A stretch of 64,000 nucleotides of DNA from the NCBI RefSeq assembly GCF_009914755.1, contig NC_060930.1, one strand, 5' to 3'. Within the stretch, counting starts at the first letter, position 1, and each line of letters begins with the position of its first letter. The notes under the pieces were generated by a model. It worked only from the letters and a program-made list of their open reading frames with translations, was not told the DNA's origin and did no database searches. This stretch comes from the human T2T-CHM13v2.0 reference genome, Homo sapiens. This document shows positions 28,321 through 43,727 of the stretch, in pieces. Made by a program: the position numbers and the translations under genes.

Positions 28321-29289
28321 GGAATCCAATTACTTAAACGACTGATGCAAAATTATTACCAGTTTATGTTTTTCAACAAACAACTCTTACAAAAGCTATT
28401 TGAGGGCTCCCTGTACAAAATGAATGGAAATTAATTTTGAAGAGGTAAAAATCCTCTTTTAAAAACTCAGTTATCCAAGTAATAATGATTGTGTCATTAT
28501 TGCCAAGATACAAGTGATAAAGAAAAAATGGACTTTCAATTTTGGACTCTGTGTCTAGTGTGTTATCCAACATCTTGAAAATTATTTCCTGAATTCCTTT
28601 TTCCAAATTATGGTAAACATTATTTATAAATAATTTATGTTTACAAACTACTTAATGCTCTACTACTCTGAAATGAAAAAGAGATAAGCAAGAAGAGATA
28701 ATTTATTATTTGACAATGTAGAAAATGTACTTTCTAGCTCACTGTTAATGTTGTTTTTCACTCTGCTGGCTCCACAGCACATAAAAACAACTCTGAACAG
28801 GCTGTTCTTGCTACAAATGATGGATGATGGATGATGTCAACAAGAATATGAAAAATGCCACACTGGTTTCCTGCTTAATTTTCAATAAACAACTATATAA
28901 ATACACAGATATGGACCAACATTTCTTTCTAAATGGAAGACAAACACTTAAAGTGAGGAAGATGGTAATTTGCAACTAATCTTCTTGTATACCGTATAGA
29001 TACAATGGTTAATCATGTTAAGTTACTGATGAAGTTCTTTACTCTTAATTGTAAGGTTGTTATTATAAACATAACATTTTAAATGCACTAGGGGTTTGCA
29101 GGAACAAGAAGGGAAATATATTCCTTGCACCTAGAAGTAGAAGTGCCAGCAGTGTTTCCAGTATACTACCAACCACGACAAATAACTTTCTTTTACCTGG
29201 GCAGCACATCTTAGCACTCTCAACTCCATAGTCCCCAAATTCCAAATGGAAACAATTTGACAAGTATGATCACACAAAAAAATTCTTAC

Positions 29290-29385
29290 CAGTTTCTGCC
29301 CAGACAGGACCTCCAGAAGGGCAAGCAGTTTAACACCATCTTTCATGTCTTCAAAAAGATCGTCCACCACCATTGGAGGTTTCCG
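29290..29385 (-). CDS. SYNE1: SYNE1 coding exon (RKPPMVVDDLFEDMKDGVKLLALLEVLSGQKL), CH1, 96 nt
   Basis: Acceptor TTTGCTTTTACAG, donor CTG|GTAAGA, CH1 motif DLFEDMKDGVKLLALLEVLSG. Confidence 0.97.
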
Positions 29386-29859
29386 CTGTAAAAGCAAAGA
29401 GGAATAAGTGCAGAAAATATCTCTTCCCTCTCTGTTTCTCTCTTTCTCTCTCTCACCTTTGTTACTTATGGTGGTGAAATTTGTAGGAGAGGCTTCTATA
29501 TACTTTAATTCTTTATTTTGGATTGAGTTGCCAATTGCCTTTCGATAACTGTGAGAAGAAAAACAATCCAGTGGAGATAAAACTCGATATTCAAAAACCT
29601 CAGAAGATTTAATGCTTGAGCCTTAATGTATGTACCAGCTTCTTTCTAGAAAGTGATTTTTGACAAGGGCAGGATGGTGTGGGATAAGGGAAGGAAAAGA
29701 GGATACTATCAACCTAAAAGATAAGAGAGAGATTATAGCAGGACGTAAAAGCAGAGCAAGAGCTGCATGGACCAACCTCAGCTTAACTTTGTGCAAGACA
29801 CATTACTGGGGCTTAACAAGGTGCAGCCCTTCTATAGGACATTCTCACCACAGCAACCT

Positions 29860-29945
29860 CATTAGCTCAGTGACCTGCTAGAGGAGCACTGTCAGCAGAG
29901 CTAAGGTTGCAGGTTCAATCTTCCTGTGGGTTAGTTAGCTGTTAT
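29860..29945 (+). mobile_element. Ancient tRNA-derived SINE head (MamSINE1-like)
   Basis: A-box-like tagctcagtg and B-box-like ggttcaatc followed by tgggttagttagct. Confidence 0.5.
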
Positions 29946-32164
29946 GTTGTGTTCTACAGCCTGGTGAATCTAGCGAACCTTCTTTCAGTGTGGCATTGAA
30001 CCCAAAAGATCATAAGCACAAAAGTACAGACCGATCAGTGCAAATCTATCATCGCTGCTGGAAAAATAAGCCAAAGACCACCTTTAATTCATGGAGCATC
30101 TTTTATTTTTTTATGAAGGTTATTAAAATACTCAATATATGGGAATTCATCAAACATTGAATTAGGGTCTATCTTGGCTCAGGAGAAAGTAAAGAAGCCA
30201 TTATGCCAATGTTGATGGTCAATAGAGGGGAGGTGTTCACTGATTTATCACAGAATCAGAATTTGTTTTCCATTTAGCATCTGAATTCAAACTTTATAGC
30301 TTTCTGATTCTTACTGAATCTTGTTAAAGGCCTAATGCTCAATTCCTGACTTTCAATGTTCTTTCTTTCTTTAAAAAATAATGTGTTCTATGTAAGAGAT
30401 TTAACTCCAAATGTTTGGTTGGAATGTAACTTTTTTTCTCTACCAACTGATGTAGAGCATTTATATTTCTCTTACAACTGCATGAATTATAATGTCTGAA
30501 TAGTACAATTCTAAGTTAAAATGTATTTTTCTCTCATTATAAAATGAATAGCTGAATACATTTTGTTCTCATGCTGTGAAATACATGTTCAAAAATAACA
30601 GAGTTTTCATTTTTGATCATTCTCTTTCAAATTCCACCATTCACGCTGCTTCTTACTTACATAGCAAAAATGTAATAGTGACTTTATATTCTAAGCATAT
30701 AAATAAAATTCATCAGAATAAAAGAAGCCATTACAAAGAAAACTATTTGGTGCAATAAGAATCAAAATTATTGTTATTAGCCATATACGGTCATTAAAAA
30801 TGCAGTCTATTTATCATTCAAAGTAACCACTTGTACCCAAATTATTTAAATCAAGCAAAACAATGAGGAACAAGTTCATAAATGTTTGATACATTCAGTG
30901 AGCAAATGCAAATAAAATTTTTCATGCATTGTTATAAATATGCAAAAAGTAAGGAAAGCAGGGAATTCTCATGAAATAATAAAGATTTCAAGAAATTTTG
31001 CACCCAAAAATGATAAAATGCACATCTTCATCTGTTTCGATTTTAAAAATACACAGGTGTCTGCCACTTTGAGGAACACGTCCTCTCACCTCACTTCTGC
31101 CTCTCTTCTTTCCCTCCTCTGTTGCTACTCATGCTGCAGGTGCTTTCCTTTTCCCTCCAGCTGTTCCCTCCACAAGGCTCCTGGAATTGGCCTTCCGATC
31201 AGCAGCGACAGCTGAACAGCTCAGCAGCCTACTGGCCCCTCTGCATGGGACATTGCCAATACCATTCTCTCCCTGATCTGTTCCTACCCAAAACTCTGTG
31301 ACCAGACTGCCTAGTTCACAGCCCTTTCTCTTTCTTTCTCCTCTCTTCTTCCTAACCATGGCCATTCACCACTCAATCCTGAGTCCTTTGTTCTTTACAA
31401 ATTTTTTTCTGCTTATACATGACTCTTAAATCCAGGTAAGCGACCTCTCCTAAACTTTGTCAAACATGTGGCAGGCACTTCATATCTATTGCTGGCTTGC
31501 TGGCTGACTGACTGACTGAATGAATGAATGAATGAATGTAAATATTGTGTGAAGCCAATAAAGAGACTTTATTACACCAGAATAAAAAAAATTAGTAATT
31601 ACTGGACAAGTTTTGCCATCCAGTTTGTATAAGGTATTCTTTATATATACCAAACAATCAGTTAGGGGGACCTTTACTATGATGACTACCTCACATTTAA
31701 TTTTTGGAACAATATTTTAATAGAAAATCTTTCAGCTAAAATATTTCTCCTGTCACATGTACAAATATTTATACCACCAATATGGTGACTTTGATAAGAC
31801 TTGGGTCATAGTGCTGAAGGTCAAAAGGGAGAGTTAGAGATGCAGATAATTTATTGGATCTTGACTTAATGGAAAATAAAGATGTGACTTGAGCTGGCTT
31901 GTGTCCATGCCAGTATATGTTAGATATGTTAGTACATACGATGCTTCTATTATTACGTTTTTAGTCTTTCTTAAATTCACTTTTAGAAGTTAATAAAGTT
32001 AGTGTTTCTAGTACAGTAGCAGGCACTTCAGCTGATCAGTCAGTACTTTTTCTATTGATAATAAATATGAATTACATTTATGGGTTTGTGTATTATTCAG
32101 GAAAAATTAATGTTAATACCATCATTTTTATACTAAGCTTCCTGTCTAACAAGGTGACTCAAAG

Positions 32165-32335
32165 TATAAAATCCTGGGCTCTAATCCGAGTCACTTAGTG
32201 TCTCTGAGATTCAGATTCCTTGCTTTTAAAGAGAGGATGGTGTTCCCATAGGTAGTGGCTGTGAATATTAAACAAGATAGCAGGTAGGAGTCCACAGAAT
32301 AGCACTCAGCACACTTAGATGTTTAACAATATTTT
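32165..32335 (+). mobile_element. MIR
   Basis: cctgggctctaatcc...gtcactta...tctctgagattcagattcct...gtgaatattaaa core. Confidence 0.6.
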
Positions 32336-32737
32336 ATTCATTTTTCTTCTCTTCCTATTTTATTATCTTTCTCCTTTTATCCTTATGAAACACTCACTAA
32401 ATTTGAGTAATATCTAAGTCATAGAAATACCTACTAAATATTGGAATTTATATATTGTATGTAGTCTATAGAAGGACTATTTTGTCATAATTACTTTATG
32501 CATGAACATTTTTTATTTCATATATAATACTTAAATGTGAGAACTTCTTAAATTTTCATTTCATACTGTATGTGAGTGGCCTGAGCTGGGCCCATCATAT
32601 TCTCTGCTTGGGTCCAGAAGATGTCTGGGATTACATTGTCCCATGGCAGTGACCTAGGGACTAGTGTCATCAGGTCATGCTGCTGAGGTCCCAAGAGCCA
32701 TTCTGACTGTCCTTCTCACAACTGGGTTAGTCAGTGT

Positions 32738-33415
32738 GTTGGGGGCTCCCAAGAACACTTTCAGGCTTGATGATTCACTAGGACTCAGAACTCAGAAGTG
32801 CTGCTGAACTCATGGTTACAGCTTATGACAGCAAAAAGATACAGATTATAATCAGCAAAGCAAAAAGACACATGTAGTGAAGTCCAGGAGAAACTATGCA
32901 CAGTCTTTCAGAGGTGAATGACCTCTCCCTTCCCAGTGGAGTCACATGAGGATGTACTTATATTTCCTAGCAATGACATGTGACAACCCATGTGAAGTGT
33001 TCCCAACCAGGGAAGTTCCCCCAGGTCTTAGTGTCCAGGGTTTTACTGGGGGGTCTATGACATAGACAAGCAATATCCATGTGACTGACCTCAGCTACTC
33101 AGCTCCAGCTCTCTCCCACACCCTCAACCCCAGCAAAAAAAAAGTTAACCCAAATCACATTATTAGCATAAAAAGATCTATCAAGGTGGTACAGTATTGC
33201 CAAGGCCCCAGGACAAACAAAAACTGATGTTCACTATAAATATAGTGTGGCTCAAGGTCTCAGGCATAGAAAACCACACTACTGGGGCAGAATATTCCAA
33301 GGGCTCAGATTATCTCCCAGAAGCCAGCCAAGGTCTATTCTTAAAGACAGGCCCGTCTTTGGAACACAGCATCTGAGCACCGCAGGCCTGCTGAGTTAAG
33401 TCTGTCTTGCCCAGT
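32738..33415. mobile_element. MER21-family LTR
   Basis: tgttgggggctcccaagaacac...tgatgattcactaggactc...aagatacagattataatcagcaaag. Confidence 0.65.
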
Positions 33416-33701
33416 TGGCTTTTCCTTCTCATACTTTGAGACAACTAGTAGCCTTTCAATAGCTCTTTCTTCTTGGTTAAATCATCTAAAATTAATTTTA
33501 TTTACTTGCAACAAAATGAGGCACAACTGACGTGTCTAATTTCTTAGTGTGTAAACACTATTCTGAGTGTAACAATTTAAATATCAGTGTCTCCCCACTC
33601 CCACTCACATAAGTGACCAAAAGTAAATTTGTTCTGTAAAACAGAAGTGCATATCTTCAGAAGAACCTAATTGTATGGTTTTTTTTTTTTTTTTACTAAA
33701 A

Positions 33702-34672
<971 letters not shown>

Positions 34673-34689
34673 TTGAATGTAGTTTAACT

Positions 34690-35310
34690 TTTTAATTTTT
34701 AAATGTGCTAAAATACACATAATATAAAATGTGCCATGTTAATCTTCTTAAGCATACAGTTCAGTAGTGTTAAATATTTCCACATTATTGTGCAACTGAT
34801 CTCCACCATTTTCATTTTGTGAAATTGAAACTCTGTACCCATTAAACAACAACTAGCCATTCCCTCTGCCCTTCAGCCTCTACCATTCTACCATTCTATT
34901 TTCTTTTGAATGATTTTGACTACTCTGGATACCTCTTATAAGTAGAATCACACAGTATCTGTCATTTTGTGACTGGCTTATTTCACTTATTATAACGTCC
35001 TCAAGGTTCATCCATGTTGTAGCAGGTGCCAGAATTCCATCCTTTTTAAAGGCTGAATCGTATTCCATTGTATGGATATACCACATATTTTGCATCCATT
35101 CATCCATCAATGGGCATCTGCATTGTTTCCATTTTCTGGCTATTGTGATTAATGCTACTATGAGCGTGAGTGTATTAATATCTCCTGAAGACCCTGCTTT
35201 CAATTTTTGTAGATATATACCCAGAAGTGGAATTGCTGAACTACATGTTAATTCTATTTTTATCTTATTTTTTGAAAAACTGACATATTGTTTTACATAG
35301 TGGCTGCTTT
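34690..35310 (-). mobile_element. L1MB-like 3' end
   Basis: Reverse 3'UTR; ORF2 C-terminal peptide IVALITIARKWKQ...WYIHTMEY. Confidence 0.8.
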
Positions 35311-36669
35311 GTGGAAGAATAGAAACCTACTTTGAAACATTACTAGCATATCATCACTGTATGAGGTACAAATTTCTACAAATCTTCTACAATCTTAGAA
35401 TCCGTATTGACCAATATCATGCAGCTATAAAGTAGATTTTCAGTATTAATAATTTAGTATTTAACAAAGAAAATGATAAAATCACCTGTCTCACACCAGG
35501 ACCATCTAGGACCTCATTTGCCATCATCCATAATCACTTTTAGTCTTCTAGTAAATGGTTTTTACTTTTGAGAAAAGAGCTCTCAAAACATTTTATCATC
35601 AAAAAAAGCTACAATATTTTACTTTAAACTACTAAACACATATCCTATGGCTTAATATTTGTGATTGCTAGGTACCTAGTGATACCAATAAAACTGAACC
35701 AGAAAATGCTTAGAAGAATAGCGCATGCCACAGTTAAGTATTTACCTCAGTTGAGGCACACACACTATTGAGCACAGTCAGGGTTGCTGAACAGGATGAA
35801 GAGTCATGACCTGAGATAGTCACAACATTTTCTTCTGCAGAGCATGTAGGGAGGTCTCAAGGCAAGGGTTGACTCTCCATGTGCATTCTGTGCACCCTTG
35901 AAACCTCTGTGCACAGAACGACCCATAACTTGTAGAACCAGATAAACCACTACTTCTGGTTTATATAAGTTTCAGGTAGGAATTATTTCACAAGCTAAGA
36001 GATTGTATATGTAGAAAAATTCCCATCCCAGGACCAGTCTGGAGTTTTGCATGCTCTGATGATTATCTTCTGGGTGGGAACAGCAAGTTAAACAACAGTA
36101 ATATAGAGAAGTGGGAAGGAAGAGAGGTTAACCAGCAGATATGGAGCAAGTGACCTCCCCAAAGGTTGGCAAAGAACCCTCCACAGTATATGTATCAAAA
36201 TGCCAAAGTATCCTTGGACCAGATCAAGTAAATCATGATTATAACCACTGACAGTAGTCAAATAAAATTAATGTCCAACAGGTTTTGTCATTTTATTCAG
36301 CAAATCTAATTGAATGTTTCCAATATCTTCAGAAACAAAGTGTAGTAATTTAAAAACTGTATGTGTAATCTGCTTCTCTTTCACTGCCTTTGTAACAGCA
36401 CTGTTGTGATCATTTTCCACTTCTGCTTGGCAAAGGTGGGAAGGTCCTTCCCATTCTTTTTTGTTTCCTGTGACAGATAGCATAATCCTTTCCACTTCCT
36501 CGATTATTTAATTCAATTCCGAATAAATATTCCAAAGGCAATAATTGCCCTCCAGCTCAGCTTTAAATCTGCTTGGAAAACTCAGCTCTCAACAATTTTC
36601 AGATGTAATAAAGTTTGTTTTACTATATAGTATAAAAGCATTATTGTACCAAGTTATTTATTTGGTACA

Positions 36670-37070
36670 AGTTGGGGTTACCCTTGACTCCTCTCTTTTG
36701 CTCACACTCAATATCTGATTCATCAACAAATCTTGTTGGCTTCATTTTCAAAAGTCTTCCAGTATCCAACCACCTCTCATCACCTCTACTGCTACTATCT
36801 TGGTCCAAGTCACCAGTACCTTGGCCAGATGGCTTCAATAACCTCTAACTTATCTCCCTCCTTCTGCCCTTGCTTCTCTTCAGTCTACGTTCAGCAGAAG
36901 AGCTTCTTGATCTTCTTTACTGTCCATCTCCCCCATTAGGATATAAGCTTCATAATGAGATGGTTATTTTTTTTTCTGTTTTGGTCACTGCTACATTTTC
37001 AGCACCTAGAATATTCTCTAGCTTATTAAACAGCATTTTAAAATATTTGTTGAATAAATGTATGATAAAT
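36670..37070 (+). mobile_element. L2 fragments
   Basis: Pyrimidine-rich L2 body; 3' end gcacctagaa...aaatatttgttgaataaatg. Confidence 0.6.
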
Positions 37071-37083
37071 AAAATATATTTCT

Positions 37084-37424
37084 GGTTGGGCACGGTGGCT
37101 TACAGCTGTAATCCCAGCATTTTGGGAGGCTGAGGTTGGTGAATTATTTGAGGTCAGGAGTTCAGGACCAGCCTGGCCAACATGGTAAAACCTCGTCTCT
37201 ACTTAAAATTCAAAAACTAGCTGGGCATGGCGGTGGGCACCTGTAATCCCAGCTACTCAGGAGGCTAAGGCAGGAAAATCACTTGAACTCGGGAGGAGGA
37301 GGTTGCAGTGATCCAAGCCATGCCACTGCACTCCAGCCTGGGCAACAGAGCAAGACTCTGTCTCAAAAAAATAAATGAATGAATGAATGAATGAATGAAT
37401 GAATGAATGAATAAATAAATAAAA
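37084..37424 (+). mobile_element. Alu with (GAAT)n tail
   Basis: Alu dimer; the tail has converted to a GAAT microsatellite at 37377-37412. Confidence 0.9.
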
Positions 37425-38173
37425 TAATATATTTCTAAAGAAGGAACTTTGACAAATATTAATATTAGCAAAATGTTTATTAGTCTGCATAAACTTTGTG
37501 AGATCTAGATCTTTGTTATCCATAAACTAATATATTCTATAAATAAATTAACAAATGCTATTCATTTTGAAATGGGAATTTTCCTTTATAACATTTTAAT
37601 TACATATTTGGAAATAACTAATTTATTAGAATGTTTAGGGTTGACAAATTAAATTATTTTTTCCCTGGCTTTATTAAGATATAATTGACAAATAAAAATT
37701 GTATATATTTGTTATATAAGATGATATCTTGGTATGTGCATACATTGTGAAATGATTAAATCAAGCTAATTAACATATCCATCATCTCACCTACTTATTG
37801 TAGCTTGAGAAAAACAACTAAAAAATTATTTGGGGGGGTGAATTATTGCATTTGCCTTTTCCTCTTTGCCTCTTTATCTTCCTGTCTGAGCTCATTAATA
37901 GTCTCACCAAAATGTGTACAAGGAAACAGATGGGAGTAAAATTCTATTCGGAACATGTTTCCATGTTATCTTTCAGCACTGCTGGTGGAAAGACAACTAA
38001 AGAAGATGAAAGCCACCACTAAAGTGATATTTTATGACTATAAAGATGTCATTTAAATTCATGATTAGCATGGATTTGTTTTTAGAAAAAACATGGAAAA
38101 TCCAAAATGTTCCTTTTAAAAGACTGTATGCATCTAACTTGGTATTAAAACAAAATGTGCTCTTAATGGAATC

Positions 38174-38512
38174 TGTTATAGGTTGAATTGTGCCTACTCA
38201 CCAGAGATATGCTGAAATCTTAACCCCCCAAAATGCTGCAGAATGCAGCCTTATTTGGAAATAGAGTCTTTAGAGAGGTAATCAAGTTAAAATGAGGTCA
38301 TTAGCATGGGTCCTAATCCAATATGACTAGTGCCCTCACACAGTGGTGAAATTTGGACACAGACATGCACAGAGGCAGAGACTGAAATAATGCAGCTACC
38401 CAGAGACTTAGAAGGAGCCTGGCCTTCGAGTCTCCAGAACTCTGAGATAACAAATTTCTCATTTTAAGCCACCCAGTATGTGGTACTTTGTTACGGCAAT
38501 CCCAGCAATTAA
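38174..38512 (+). mobile_element. MLT1B/C-like LTR
   Basis: tgttataggttgaattgtg...ccttatttggaaatagagtc...aagccacccagtatgtggtactttgttacggc. Confidence 0.75.
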
Positions 38513-39521
38513 TAGGGAACCTAAATAATGTTTTATAAATTTTTTTTCTGCAGTTTTTCTGAAAAGTGAGAAGATGCTCATATCATGCCTGAGTTCATCC
38601 CAAACACAGTATTTAAAATGTTCAGTGCCTTTTGTTGATGGCTCCATAAATTTTAGGCTGACAGAAGGATAAAGGACTGCTCATTCTATATTGAAAAGAA
38701 GCTCCATTTATAGAAACACTAAAACATGGCTATTTGAGACCTATTTTTCCTCAAAGGGCTTAGTGACAAGCAATCTATTTATCTCACAGTCAAATATCAT
38801 AAGATTGAATCAAGGGTGTTTAAATAAAGATACAATATTCCATTCTATTTGATAAAATGAGAGAAAATATGAAACTGCAAGCATTTGATAATAGAAAATA
38901 ATCAATATAAATATTAAGATTGCTTATACATGCCTAATTTTAAACATCTAACTTTTTACAAAGGGTTTTTAAAGATTGTTCCCTTTGGGTGGCTGAAGTA
39001 CTAAATAACTACAACAGTCTATGAATTTTATATAAAATGTAGGAATTTTTTAAGATATATTTTAAAATGTGAAAGAACTATTTTTAACTGTCAAATTTTA
39101 AATATATTCATCGTAACATAACTTCTTTGCCTAAAATGCAAGGCCTATGCTGTTAGGCCTAAGACATCCATGGTCATTAGGTGAGAATTCCTTCAAATTT
39201 AAGTCCATGCCACCTCTGTCTTCATCTCTCTGCTTATCCCAAAGTTAGACACAGCCACACCCACTTTCCTATTCCCAATGCTAGTCTCAGAGAAGGGGAG
39301 ATATCTCTGCTCTGGAACAAACCTACACCCTCCACCTCTGCTCTTGATTTCTTCTCTCATTCTGCCTCCTCGGGTGCCTTGTTCCTTCAGAATCCCATTC
39401 ATTGCCTTCTTTTTCAGCCTCTCCCTCTCTACAAGCTCTTGATCATTCCCTTCTATACAGATGCAGGCTCATGACCACCCTTTATTAAAACAGCTTTTAC
39501 CAAATCCAATGTTCTGCGCCA

Positions 39522-39694
39522 ATATATATAGTAATATATATATATAACTATATATATAGTATACTAATATATATATAGTAATATATATATATTTATATAT
39601 ATACTATATATAGTAATAGATATATTTATATATATAACTATATATAGTAATATATATTTATATATATATACAATATATATAGTAATATATATTA
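39522..39694. repeat. Interrupted (TA)n-rich tract within an L2 remnant
   Basis: About 170 bp of atatatatagta-type units. Confidence 0.9.
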
Positions 39695-40856
39695 AGTGTA
39701 CTAACATCCTTACCTCTCATTTACTCATCAGCTCGCTAGAGTCTAGTTTCTACTATAACATGGCCACTCCCAATGGCGGCCAATGACTTCCAAACTGCCA
39801 AATCGAATGGGTTCACCTTTACCAACTAATTTCTCCTTCTAAACTGAATTTCTTAGCTTTCCCCCCAAGCCTCTTGTATTCCCTATATCTGTGAATAATC
39901 TCAATCATTTGCTCAAGTCAGAAATCTAGAAGTCATTCTTGATTCCTTCCCCTCAAAGATTCCAATTAATTACTCAGTTCTATCAAGTCCACTCCTAAAC
40001 ATCTTTTCAGTCTATCCATTTTTCTCCATTTAAGCTTAGAACTCTAAGCTTCTGGTTCATAATCTACAAAATAATAAAAATAATGCATTTTCTTGTGTGA
40101 GGGTTAAATAAATAAGAGATAAAGTTGCTAAGGCACTGTAATTGGCACGTGGTAAGAATTTAGGAACATGTTTTCTCAATAAGTGCTGATAAGCTAGATG
40201 TGAGTCAGAAACTTGACTTTGAAAAACCATCACTAAAAATCAATATTGGGCTAATTTAATAAAATACTCCACCTTCTTTCATTAACAGAGCTAACAGAAT
40301 AGAAAGATACTGGTTTCTTCTTGAAAAGTGAGAAAATTATAGGTTCAATGTCTAACAATAGAGCCCCATCCCTGAAAGAAATTATCAGGTATATGAAATA
40401 ACAACAACCCGCCAATTGTTAATGTTATATCAACAATTTGTGATTTGCAATGTTTTACATAATTGGAGAAGCATTAAGACTTCAATTTGATAATAAACAT
40501 CAAAAAAGAACAGATATTTATACCCACAAGTTTTAATGATCTAACATTTGTGTAGTAAAAATAGAATAAAAACACAAACACAGAAAATCCTTAGGTTTTT
40601 TTCTTACTTATAATAAGATTTTTGTTTTAAGAAAAGCATATTTTTACTTATAATAATTAACAAATGTAAAAAAGAAAAAATAATAAAAGCATGTTTTAAA
40701 AAACAGATTGCAATCTTATTTGCATACTATCTCTTCTTATTGCTATCATAATATTTATAAAGAAATGTTACACTAGAATAAAATGTCATCAGTAAAAGAT
40801 TTTTTATTTAATTAAAAGTCAAAAGTATATTAATTTGCAACTGAGCAAAGCAGTCA

Positions 40857-40986
<130 letters not shown>

Positions 40987-42341
40987 TAAGCATCTTCTGA
41001 ACAGCTCCCAGTGCTCCCAAGATAGAAGAACTTTAGGAGAAAAGGATCAACTTCCTTTCTTCTCAACTAAACATCCCAGCTCTTAAACCTGCCACTACCT
41101 ATTATTAAAGCTATATTTGGAAATGGTAAATTTAACTCATAAACGGTTTGGTTGTCAGTTTATCTGAAAACATTCCAAAGCACAGAGCTATGTATACCTG
41201 GATTACCATGCAAGGAAACATCAAACATGAAAGGGGAGACAAGCTCATCACTGCCATTATTCCAGGGTTGAGTTCCAACCTCTAGCTATTAAAAACTTTG
41301 AAGGGTGTTTTAATAGTGCAAGGAAATGGGGATTCTTAGAAGATCTTAGAATATATTAAAATCATAATTGTGCATAGCTGTTGACTACCTACTTCTAGAA
41401 ATTTATCCTAAGAAGAAAATATCATACAAGTGTTCAAGCAACGTATACCAGGACTTTCACTGTAGTATTTTATATAATATGAAACAACTGAAAACCACCT
41501 AAATAAACCTCCACAGGCAACTGGCTAACTCATCACAGATAAACATGACAAAGTTTATTTAGCCATTACAATAATTACATAGTTCTATCTATTGTCATGG
41601 ATTGACGTGTTGGGTGAAATAGAGGCTCCAGAACAATATCCTATAAAACCACTTATATGAAACTGTGTGTAGAAAAGTGTTGTCCAATATCTTAATGATG
41701 ACTGTATCTGGATTATGTGATATAAGATTACTTTTACTTTCTTTACACTTTCTAAAAGTTTCATTATTAATATTATTTTCAATTACGTAACCTCTGTACA
41801 CTATGAAAAAATAATAACTCTTTTCATTTTGAAAAAAAAAAACAAAACCTTTTCCCCAATCGATGACAATTCCATAGTACAAATAGCTGCCAGATGGGAC
41901 CAACGGAAGCTTTAAAAAATAAGCCCCAAAGTCATCAATCCTATGTATCCACTGCCTTTTTACAGAGCAGATTGTGGGGCAACTACTGGGCCAAATTCCC
42001 TTCTCATCAAGTGCTGTGGGGAAGAGAGCATAGGAAAGATGACCCTGGTTTATCCTATATCTAGACAGGTCGCTCTAGGCTTCTTTCATGGCTGGATTGC
42101 AAGCTTCTCGGGGCCTGGGAAAGTGTTTTACTAATTTTTTCCTGTCTTCAAAGGCTAGCGCAGACACAAAGTAAGCAGTGAATCTGTAGAATGGGACTAA
42201 AATCAACTGTCATGCTTTGTTTGCTTCTGCGCTATCAAAATGGCTTTGGGGAAGCCCCTGATCAAAACCTGCTTGTAGGGTTGGGCTTTACATACTACAG
42301 GCACCACTCTCAGCAAAAGTGAGAATAAAAAATTTGAAGAT

Positions 42342-43434
42342 AAAATTGTTTTATCATCTAATTCATTTAACCAATTATTGACTTGAAGGGAGAGTCAACA
42401 TAACTTCCACTATATAATCATATAGACTACTCCTTTAAAAATTATCAGCAAATCCTCTAACTGAATTCAGACACAATTGTCCCATCATCTGAATTTATTT
42501 TTACAAATATGATGTCTCTTGGCTTGCTTATTTTTTCATCAGCAGTACAAGAGATTAATTTTATTATACTGTATCAAGATTAAGATTTATTTTATATTAG
42601 TATTTATGTTCAAAGACATTATAATATATAGACATATAGTCACCTAATATCAGTGAATGACAGAGTGGATAATACTAGAATGATTTTAGCCTTTTCATGT
42701 CCTATTACCATGGTTACTTTTTTAAATCAAAGCACCAGAGATGAGAGCACTGATACTATCATAATATCTTTAGCTAAAATCTTTTGCTTAGCATAGATCA
42801 CTTATAGCTTCTTTGTGTTCCAAATAGGAACAAACACACACAAACAAAAATCCAGCACAAATTCTCCTTTTGATATGACACACACATTAGTATTAGAAAA
42901 AATAATTGGATGAAATAGTTTCTCAAGATTCACAGAATTGACATGAAGTAACTGCTCTTGACTCTAGCTATAAGTTCATTTCTTCCCAGAAGCAATGTTA
43001 GCAAATTCCACTCTTAGGCAACAGCTAGACCAACCAATAAGATTACAGTATCATTGATTCGCAACAGTGACAACAGGGACAGAAGCATTTTGTTATACTG
43101 GACATTTAATGATTTACTGGCTCAACCTAAGTAAACCTGTAATGCTGGGTAGTTTCCTTTACCTTGGCCAGATGAGAGTTGATCCATTTTGTGAAAGTTC
43201 GTTTTTGTACTATCTCTTGCTCATCTAGAAGGAAAAAGAAATCTGGTTAAATAATGTAATATTTCATGAAGCTGTATAATGAGAAAAAGTCCTATTTACA
43301 CAAATCTGGAAGGAATCGTGAAATCGTTTTCTCATTCATTTTACCAATTATTGTCTTGAAGGGAAAAGTCAACAAGAGTCGATCTACATAATCATATAGA
43401 CTATTCCTTTAAAAATTATCTGCAAATGCTTTAA
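42342..43434. repeat. Diverged direct repeat pair of about 110 bp (42342-42460 and 43321-43434) flanking an exon
   Basis: Shared blocks attcattt.accaattattg.cttgaaggga..gtcaaca and ataatcatatagacta.tcctttaaaaattatc.gcaaat. Confidence 0.9.
43163..43224 (-). CDS. SYNE1: SYNE1 coding exon ([21 protein letters not shown]), CH1 start/ABS1, 62 nt
   Basis: Acceptor TTCTTTTTCCTTCTAG, donor AAG|[16 protein letters not shown] actinin-type signature. Missed by the ORF track. Confidence 0.97.
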
Positions 43435-43727
43435 AATTTGCCATTTGTTAGCCCTATGTTTACCTTCATCCACTTACTTAAAATTCACTGATGACTTATA
43501 CTTCAACAAAGCTGTTAAAAATGAAAATTCACCAAGACCACTAAGTGCTGAATTTTATGCTAAGTGCAAAGGAATACAGAGGGTTGAATAGGGCTAGGTC
43601 CCTGCTATAAAATATCTAGAGGTGGAAATGGACAAGCAAGGGCTATGAATAGTAAAGGGTTACACAGTAATGCAATAAGATAGAGCCGTATACATGAAGC
43701 AAAAAAGGAACTTCACCCAGATGAGAA

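Noticed and set aside
42185-42250. Duplicated or mutually exclusive copy of the 62-nt exon predicted from the flanking repeat spacing
   Set aside because: The sequence at the expected position shows no similarity to the exon.
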